Positions 57,937 through 64,000 of a stretch of 64,000 bases of DNA are shown here, piece by piece. This DNA comes from Xanthobacteraceae bacterium (GTDB lineage Bacteria > Pseudomonadota > Alphaproteobacteria > Rhizobiales > Xanthobacteraceae): positions 1,992-65,991 of the forward strand of contig JBJMSU010000065.1 of the NCBI GenBank assembly GCA_045801465.1, given 5' to 3'. Made by a program: the position numbers and the translations under genes. Numbering within the stretch: position 1 is the first letter of the stretch; every line of letters starts with the position of its first letter. Under the pieces are notes generated by a model. It was not told where the DNA came from and did no database searches. It saw nothing but the letters and a program-made list of their open reading frames with translations.

Positions 57937-58074
57937 TCAGCTTTGCTGATCGGTACGATGGGTCGCGCCGATGGCGCGATCGAACCTGTGTTTGTGATTT
58001 GGCGGATGACCACGACGTTCATACATACCGCTTTTGCGCCGTCGATTTCGGGGCCACGCGGGAGCCCGCCGCAG

Positions 58075-59268
58075 ATGAGACAGCCGATGCCGAGCCATGC
58101 CTGGGTCGCGTGCGCGTTGATGATCCTGCTGCTCGCCGGCTGCGGGCAGGGCCAGCAGCCGGCGCAAACGACACCTCCGCCCCCGACCGTGACGGTCGCC
58201 AATCCGATGAAGCGTACGGTCGTCGACCACGACGAATACGTCGGCCGCTTCGTCGCCATCGATTCGGTCGAGGTGCGCGCGCGGGTCTCCGGCTACCTGG
58301 AAAACGTGCATTTCACCGATGGCCAGCTCGTCAAGCAGGGCGATCTTCTGTTCACGATCGACCGGCGGCCGTTCCAGAACACCCTCGATCAGGCGCGGGC
58401 CAATCTGGTGACGGCGAAATCGAATCTCACCTACACGGCAGGCGACCTGGCGCGCGGCCAACAGCTGGTACGCGACCGCACCATCGCCGAGCAGACGTTC
58501 GAGCAGCGTGCCCAGGCCAAGCGCAACGCCGAGGCCGCCGTGGCGGCGAACGAAGCCGCGGTCCGCCAGGCGGAGCTCGACCTTCAGTTCACCGAACTGC
58601 GCGCGCCGGTGACCGGCCGCATCGGCGACCGGCGGGTCTCGCCGGGAAACCTGGTTGCCGGAGGGACGACCGCCGGCACGGGGACGACCACGCTGCTCGC
58701 CACCATCGTGTCGACCGACCCGATCCGCTTCGAGTTCAGCTTCGACGAAGCATCGTTCTTGCGCTACCAGCGCCTGGCCAAAGAGAATCATAACGGCGAG
58801 CACTGGGCCGCGACCCCGGTCACGCTCAAGCTCATCGACGAGAAGACGCTCATGCATGGCGGCCGCATGGACTTCGTCGACAACGTGATCGACCGTGCCT
58901 CCGGTACCATCCGCGGCCGTGCCCAGTTCGCCAATGCCGACAATCTGTTCACGCCGGGCATGTTTGCCCGCGTGCAGCTTGCGGCATCGGCCCCGTACGA
59001 AGCGCTGCTCGTGCCCGACGCCGCCATCGGCACCGAGCAGGCGCGCAAATACGTGCTGGTGGTCGGGGCCGACAACAGCGTGAGCCAGAAATACGTCACG
59101 CTCGGTGAACTCGACGACGACCTGCGGGTCGTCAAGACCGGGCTCTCGGCCGACGATCGCGTGATCGTCAATGGAATGGTTCGGGCCCGTCCGGGCGGCA
59201 AGGTTACCCCGCAAGAACAGGGGAAAGCCCCCTCGGCTGCGAGCGGCGCCCAGGCGAAGAGCAATTGA
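58075..59268 (+). CDS. RND efflux periplasmic adaptor (membrane fusion protein), lipoprotein
   Basis: The ATG at 58075 gives MRQPMPSHAWVACALMILLLAGC, which carries a lipobox. Motifs are VSGYLENVHFTDGQLVKQGDLLFTID and APVTGRIG. Confidence 0.85.
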   Translation: MRQPMPSHAWVACALMILLLAGCGQGQQPAQTTPPPPTVTVANPMKRTVVDHDEYVGRFVAIDSVEVRARVSGYLENVHFTDGQLVKQGDLLFTIDRRPFQNTLDQARANLVTAKSNLTYTAGDLARGQQLVRDRTIAEQTFEQRAQAKRNAEAAVAANEAAVRQAELDLQFTELRAPVTGRIGDRRVSPGNLVAGGTTAGTGTTTLLATIVSTDPIRFEFSFDEASFLRYQRLAKENHNGEHWAATPVTLKLIDEKTLMHGGRMDFVDNVIDRASGTIRGRAQFANADNLFTPGMFARVQLAASAPYEALLVPDAAIGTEQARKYVLVVGADNSVSQKYVTLGELDDDLRVVKTGLSADDRVIVNGMVRARPGGKVTPQEQGKAPSAASGAQAKSN

Positions 59269-59275
59269 GACCGGG

Positions 59276-62200
59276 ATGCGGATCTCCCATTTCTTCATCG
59301 ACCGGCCGATCTTCGCCTCGGTGGTCTCCATCATCTTCGTGATCCTGGGGGCGGTCTCGTTCGCACGCTTGCCGGTGGCGCAATATCCCGAGATCGCGCC
59401 GCCGATCATCAACGTGCAGGGCCAATATCCCGGCGCCAGCGCCGAGATCGTGGCATCGACGGTCGTGGCTCCCATCGAGGAGCAGATCAACGGCGTCGAA
59501 AACATGCTCTACGTGTCGTCGAACTCGACCGCCGACGGCCGCTTCACCATCGCCGTCACGTTCGACCTCGGCACCAACCTCGATATCGCCCAGGTGCAGG
59601 TGCAGAACCGGGTCGCCATCGCCCAGCCGCGACTGCCACAGGACGTGCGTCAGGTCGGCGTCACCGTCATGAAGTCTTCGCCCGACCTGATGATGGTTGT
59701 GCACCTCTACTCGCCGGACAAGTCGCGCGACCAGCTGTTCATCTCCAATTATGCCACGCTGGAGATCAAGGACACCCTGATCCGCGTCGGCGGCATTGGC
59801 AACGTCACCGTATTCGGCAGCCGCGATTATTCGATGCGGGTGTGGCTCGATCCCGACCGCCTGCAGTCGCTCGGACTGACCGCCAACGACGTGGTCCTGG
59901 CGCTGCAGGGTCAGAACATCCAGGTGGCATCCGGTGTGCTCAACCAGCCGCCGGTGGAGCAGCCACGCGCCTTCCAGGTTTCGGTCCAGACGCTCGGGCG
60001 CCTCGCCAATCCGGATGAATTCTCCAACGTCGTGGTGAAGCAGACGGCGAGCGCAGTGGTGCGTCTCAAAGACGTGGCGCGGGTGGAGCTCGCCGGGCAG
60101 GACTACGGCTCCAACTCCTATCTCGATCGTGACCAGGCGGTCGCGCTGGCGATCTTTCAGCTGCCGGGCTCCAACGCGCTGACTACGGCGCAGGGCGTCA
60201 TCGCCACCATGAACGAGCTGTCGAAGCGCTTCCCGCCCGGGGTCAAGCACGCCATCATCTACAATCCCACCGAGTTCATCCAGCAGTCGGTCAACGCCGT
60301 CCAGGAAACCATCCTGGAGGCGATCGGCCTCGTCGTCCTGGTCATCGTGCTGTTTCTGCAGACCTGGCGCGCCGCCATCATTCCCCTCGTCGCCATCCCG
60401 GTGTCGCTCGTCGGCACGTTCTTCTTCATGGCGATGTTCGGTTTCACCCTCAACAACCTGTCGCTGTTCGGGCTCGTGCTCGCGATCGGCATCGTGGTCG
60501 ACGACGCGATCGTCGTGGTGGAGAACGTGGAACGCAACATCGCGGCGGGCTTGAGCCCGCGCGAGGCGGCGATCCGCAGCATGGACGAGGTCGGCTCGGC
60601 CCTGATCGCCATTGCGCTGGTGCTCTCCGCGGTGTTCATCCCGTCCGCCTTCATCACCGGCATTTCCGGGCAGTTCTATCGTCAGTTCGCGCTGACCATC
60701 GCCGGGGCGACCATCATTTCGCTGATCGTGTCGCTGACCTTGTCGCCGGCCTTGTGCGCGCTGCTGTTGAAGCCGCACGGCCAGCGGCCGGATCGCCTGT
60801 GGGAGCGTCCCATCCACGGCTTCTTCCGTGGTTTCAATGCCGCCTTCGATGCGCTTGCCCGCGGCTACGGCTGGGTGGTCGCGCGGGTGGTGCGGTTCGC
60901 CGTCCTCATGCTCGCCGTCTATGCCGGCGTCCTGGCGTTCGGGCTCAACGAGTTCCGCAAGACTCCGCTCGGCTTCATTCCGCAGGTCGACCGTGGGTTC
61001 CTGATCATCGTGGCGCAGCTTCCGCCCGGCGCCGCGCTGGCGCGCACCGACCAAGTGATGCAGCGCATCGCCGACATCGCGCTCAAGACCCCCGGCGTCG
61101 CCCATGGAGTCAATGTGGTCGGCTTTTCCGGGGCCACCTTCACGCAGGCTCCGAATGCCGGCGCGTTCTTCGCCGTGCTCGATCCCTTCGATCAGCGCGG
61201 GCGCGATCCGCGCCTGTCCGCCGGCGCCATCCAGGGCGAGCTGTTCAAGCGCCTCGCCGTCATCCAGGAAGCCTTCATCGTCGTCGTCCAGCCGCCCGCC
61301 GTGCAGGGCATCGGCAACGCCGGCGGCTTCCGCATGATGGTCGAGGACCGCGCCGGCCGCGGGCCGCAGGCGCTGCAGGCCGCCATGGTCGCCATGATGG
61401 CCCGCGCCGGCCAGACCCCGGGCGTCGCCCAAGTGTTTTCGCTGTTCGAAACGTCGACTCCGCAGCTCTATCTCGATGTCGACCGCACCAAGGCGCAGCT
61501 GCTCGGCATCAACATTCCCGACGTGTTCAGCGCGCTGCAGATCTATCTCGGCTCGGCCTACGTCAACGACTTCAATCTGCTTGGCCGCACCTTCCGCGTC
61601 GTTGCCCAGGCCGAGAGCGGGGAGCGCCTCGACCGCAAGGACGTGCTCAAGATCAGGGTGCGCAACTCCAGCGGCGAGACCGTGCCGCTCGGCTCGTTCA
61701 CCACGGTGCGCGACATCTCCGGGCCGTTCCGGGTGCCGCGCTACAATCTTTATCCGGCGGCCGAGCTCGACGGCGCCGCAGCCCCCGGCTACAGCCCGGG
61801 CCAGGCGATCGAGATCATGCAGCGGCTTGCTGCCGAAGTGCTGCCCGACGGATTCGGCTACGAGTGGACGACACTCGCGTTCCAGCAGCTGCGCGCCGGG
61901 AACACGGCAATGTTCGCCTTCGTGCTGGCGGTCGTGTTCGTTTTCCTGGTGCTGGCGGCGCAGTTCGAGAGCCTCACCCTGCCGCTCGCCGTGATCATGA
62001 TCGTGCCGATGTGCCTGGTCGCCGCCATTACCGGCGTGGTCTTGCGCGGCCAGGACAATAACATCCTGACGCAAGTGGGCTTCGTGGTGCTGATCGGGCT
62101 TGCCGCCAAGAACGCCATCCTCATCGTCGAATTCGCCACCCAGCTGGAGGAGCGCGGACGCGATCGCTGGGCCGCGGCGATCGAGGCCGCACGCTTGCGC

Positions 62201-62446
62201 TTGCGTCCGATCCTGATGACGTCGCTCGCGTTCATTTTCGGCGTGCTGCCGATGGTCTGGGCGATCGGCGCCGGCGCCGAGCTGCGCCAGACGCTCGGCA
62301 CCGCCGTGTTCTTCGGCATGGTCGGCGTGACGGCGTTCGGCCTGATCTTTACGCCGGCGTTCTACGTCGTCGCCCGCTGGTTCGCCCGGATCGGACGGAA
62401 GAAAGCAGCGCCGGCGCCGGCACCAGCACCTCATCCGGCGGAGTGA
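59276..62446 (+). CDS. RND-family (AcrB/HAE1-type) efflux permease
   Basis: The ATG at 59276 gives MRISHFFIDRPIFASVVSIIFVILG. The product is about 1056 aa. VVDDAIVVVENVER is a typical RND motif. Confidence 0.92.
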   Translation: MRISHFFIDRPIFASVVSIIFVILGAVSFARLPVAQYPEIAPPIINVQGQYPGASAEIVASTVVAPIEEQINGVENMLYVSSNSTADGRFTIAVTFDLGTNLDIAQVQVQNRVAIAQPRLPQDVRQVGVTVMKSSPDLMMVVHLYSPDKSRDQLFISNYATLEIKDTLIRVGGIGNVTVFGSRDYSMRVWLDPDRLQSLGLTANDVVLALQGQNIQVASGVLNQPPVEQPRAFQVSVQTLGRLANPDEFSNVVVKQTASAVVRLKDVARVELAGQDYGSNSYLDRDQAVALAIFQLPGSNALTTAQGVIATMNELSKRFPPGVKHAIIYNPTEFIQQSVNAVQETILEAIGLVVLVIVLFLQTWRAAIIPLVAIPVSLVGTFFFMAMFGFTLNNLSLFGLVLAIGIVVDDAIVVVENVERNIAAGLSPREAAIRSMDEVGSALIAIALVLSAVFIPSAFITGISGQFYRQFALTIAGATIISLIVSLTLSPALCALLLKPHGQRPDRLWERPIHGFFRGFNAAFDALARGYGWVVARVVRFAVLMLAVYAGVLAFGLNEFRKTPLGFIPQVDRGFLIIVAQLPPGAALARTDQVMQRIADIALKTPGVAHGVNVVGFSGATFTQAPNAGAFFAVLDPFDQRGRDPRLSAGAIQGELFKRLAVIQEAFIVVVQPPAVQGIGNAGGFRMMVEDRAGRGPQALQAAMVAMMARAGQTPGVAQVFSLFETSTPQLYLDVDRTKAQLLGINIPDVFSALQIYLGSAYVNDFNLLGRTFRVVAQAESGERLDRKDVLKIRVRNSSGETVPLGSFTTVRDISGPFRVPRYNLYPAAELDGAAAPGYSPGQAIEIMQRLAAEVLPDGFGYEWTTLAFQQLRAGNTAMFAFVLAVVFVFLVLAAQFESLTLPLAVIMIVPMCLVAAITGVVLRGQDNNILTQVGFVVLIGLAAKNAILIVEFATQLEERGRDRWAAAIEAARLRLRPILMTSLAFIFGVLPMVWAIGAGAELRQTLGTAVFFGMVGVTAFGLIFTPAFYVVARWFARIGRKKAAPAPAPAPHPAE

Positions 62447-62451
62447 GCCTC

Positions 62452-64000
62452 ATGAAGTTCGGCATCGGCCAGGCGGTCACGCGCAAGGAAGACGATCCGA
62501 TCCTGCGGGGCAACGGCCGCTATGTCGCCGATCATGCGCCCACGGGCGTGCTGCACGCCGTGGTGCTGCGTTCGCCGCAGGCGCATGCGCGCTTCCGCAT
62601 CGCCGATGTGGCGACCGCCCGCGGCATGCCCGGCGTGCGGCTCATCCTCACCGCCGATGACATCGGCGAACTTGGGCCGCTTCCCTGCCAGGTCGCGTTG
62701 CCGGGCGTCGACATCGCCGTGCCGCCCTATCCGATCCTCGCCCGCGACGAGGTGCGTCATGTCGGCGACGCGGTTGCGTTCATTGTCGCCGAGACGCTCG
62801 ATCAGGCGCGGGATGCCGCGGAAGCGATCGCAATCGAATGGGAGACGCTGCCGCATGTGGTCGATGCCACGGTGGCGCTGCGACAGGGAGCGCCGCCGGT
62901 GTGGCCGGAACATCCTGGCAATGTCGCCTTCGAGACGACGATCGGGGATGAGGCCGCAACACGGAAGGCTTTTGATGCGGCAGCCCGCGTGGTGTCGCTC
63001 ACGCTGATCAATCAGCGGCTCGTTACCAATTATCTCGATACGCGCGGCGTCGTCGCCGAGCATGACGCGGCGCGCGACCGCACCAGCCTGACGCTGTCGA
63101 GCCAGGGCAGCCACGCCGTTCGCGACATCCTGTGCAACGACGTCTTGAAGATCGCGCCGGAGAAGCTGCGCGTTATTACGCCGGACGTGGGCGGCGGTTT
63201 CGGCACCAAGCTATTCTGCTACCGCGAATATGCGCTTGCCGCGGTTGCCGCGAAAGCGCTCGGGCGCCCCGTCAAATGGGTCGCCGAGCGCGGCGACCAT
63301 TTTCTCGGCGATGCCCAGGGGCGCGACAACGTCACCACCGCCAAGCTCGCCCTCGACGACAAGAACCGCTTCCTGGCGCTGGACGTGGATCTCGTCGCCG
63401 ATATGGGTGCGTATCTGTCGTGCTACGGCCCATTCATCCCGTTCATCGGCGCCGGCATGTCGCCCGGCGTCTATGACATTCCGGCCTGCCATGTCCGCAT
63501 CCGCGGCGTCTATACCAATACGGTCCCGGTCGATGCCTATCGTGGCGCCGGACGGCCGGAGGCGGCCTACGTCATGGAGCGCCTGGTCGATGCCGCCGCG
63601 CGCGACATCGGCGTCGAACCGGATGCGCTGCGGCGGAAGAACTTCATCAGGCCGAAGGCGATGCCGTACCGCACCGCGACGGGCAAGACCTACGACTCCG
63701 GCGACTTTGCCGCGCATATGGCTCGCGCCCAGGAGATCGCCGACTGGGCCAACTTCAAGAAGCGGCTGGCGCTGGCGAAAAAGGCCGGGAAGCTGCGCGG
63801 CATCGGGCTTGCGACTTATATCGAGGCCTGCGGCAGCAATGGACCAGATGCCGCGACCGTCAAGCTCGACGCGGACGGCGGCATCACCGTGCTGGCCGGC
63901 TCCCAATCCACCGGCCAGGGCCACCACACCGCCTATGCGCAGATCGTTGCCGAGCACCTCGGCGTGCCGCCGGACCGCGTCACCGTGGTCCAGGGTGACA
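62452..64000 (+). CDS. Molybdopterin-binding large subunit of the xanthine dehydrogenase/CO dehydrogenase family (form-II CoxL-like); 3' end cut by the window edge
   Basis: My own translation from the ATG at 62452 is MKFGIGQAVTRKEDDPILRGNGRYVADH..., and the frame is open to the window end. The motif AYRGAGR is at 63535-63555. It is absent from the ORF track because no stop lies inside the window. Confidence 0.85.
   Translation, partial: MKFGIGQAVTRKEDDPILRGNGRYVADHAPTGVLHAVVLRSPQAHARFRIADVATARGMPGVRLILTADDIGELGPLPCQVALPGVDIAVPPYPILARDEVRHVGDAVAFIVAETLDQARDAAEAIAIEWETLPHVVDATVALRQGAPPVWPEHPGNVAFETTIGDEAATRKAFDAAARVVSLTLINQRLVTNYLDTRGVVAEHDAARDRTSLTLSSQGSHAVRDILCNDVLKIAPEKLRVITPDVGGGFGTKLFCYREYALAAVAAKALGRPVKWVAERGDHFLGDAQGRDNVTTAKLALDDKNRFLALDVDLVADMGAYLSCYGPFIPFIGAGMSPGVYDIPACHVRIRGVYTNTVPVDAYRGAGRPEAAYVMERLVDAAARDIGVEPDALRRKNFIRPKAMPYRTATGKTYDSGDFAAHMARAQEIADWANFKKRLALAKKAGKLRGIGLATYIEACGSNGPDAATVKLDADGGITVLAGSQSTGQGHHTAYAQIVAEHLGVPPDRVTVVQGD

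Overview
This is a high-GC, gene-dense chromosomal segment of about 60 genes. The gene content and the dispersed palindromic repeats look like a Bradyrhizobium/Rhodopseudomonas-type alphaproteobacterium; that placement is inference only. I saw no rRNA, tRNA, CRISPR array, transposase or integrase.

Layout, left to right:
- 2-2509: a 5'-truncated GLVG/GLUG-repeat protein ending in a subtilisin (S8) domain.
- 2685-5008: a Tat-signal thiamine-diphosphate (ThDP) enzyme paired with a c-type cytochrome.
- 5167-10072: a possible organosulfonate cluster, with an Ldh2-family dehydrogenase, a split UxaA/SAF lyase-like pair, an NMT1-type binding protein and a TauD-family dioxygenase.
- 10199-13554: ergothioneine genes egtB-egtD followed by an ATP-grasp-like gene.
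- 13871-29538: a catabolic and transport block. It holds MBL hydrolase, dehydrogenase, beta-propeller lactonase, MFS, class II aldolase, thioesterase, an orphan TRAP DctP, an amidase and LivKHMGF.
- 29786-31115: a lower-GC islet with HicAB and a lipoprotein.
- 31214-37200: FAH, an MsbA-like ABC exporter, galE, a DUF1127 protein and a winged-helix/TPR regulator.
- 37197-56149: a large LPS/envelope-glycan locus. It contains the ADP-heptose pathway (gmhA, gmhB, hldE), GT9 and GT4 transferases, four methyltransferases, an embedded ParDE pair, a nucleotidyltransferase-GT2 fusion, two GT-C/ArnT-like membrane transferases, a UDP-glucuronate 4-epimerase and a Gfo/Idh/MocA oxidoreductase.
- 56377-64000: murJ, an RND efflux pair and a 3'-truncated form-II CoxL-like molybdoenzyme.

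The best candidates for undescribed biology are:
1. The tri-domain hexapeptide acyltransferase-carrier protein-double hot-dog protein in the LPS locus (51424-53253).
2. The nucleotidyltransferase-GT2 / micro-ORF / GT-C operon (47005-50280).
3. The Tat-exported ThDP enzyme with its cytochrome c (2685-5008).
4. The ATP-grasp gene attached to egtBD (10199-11104).

Three families of intergenic palindromic repeats create many false ORF extensions in the supplied ORF track. All functional calls come from reading motifs in the translations; no database search was run.
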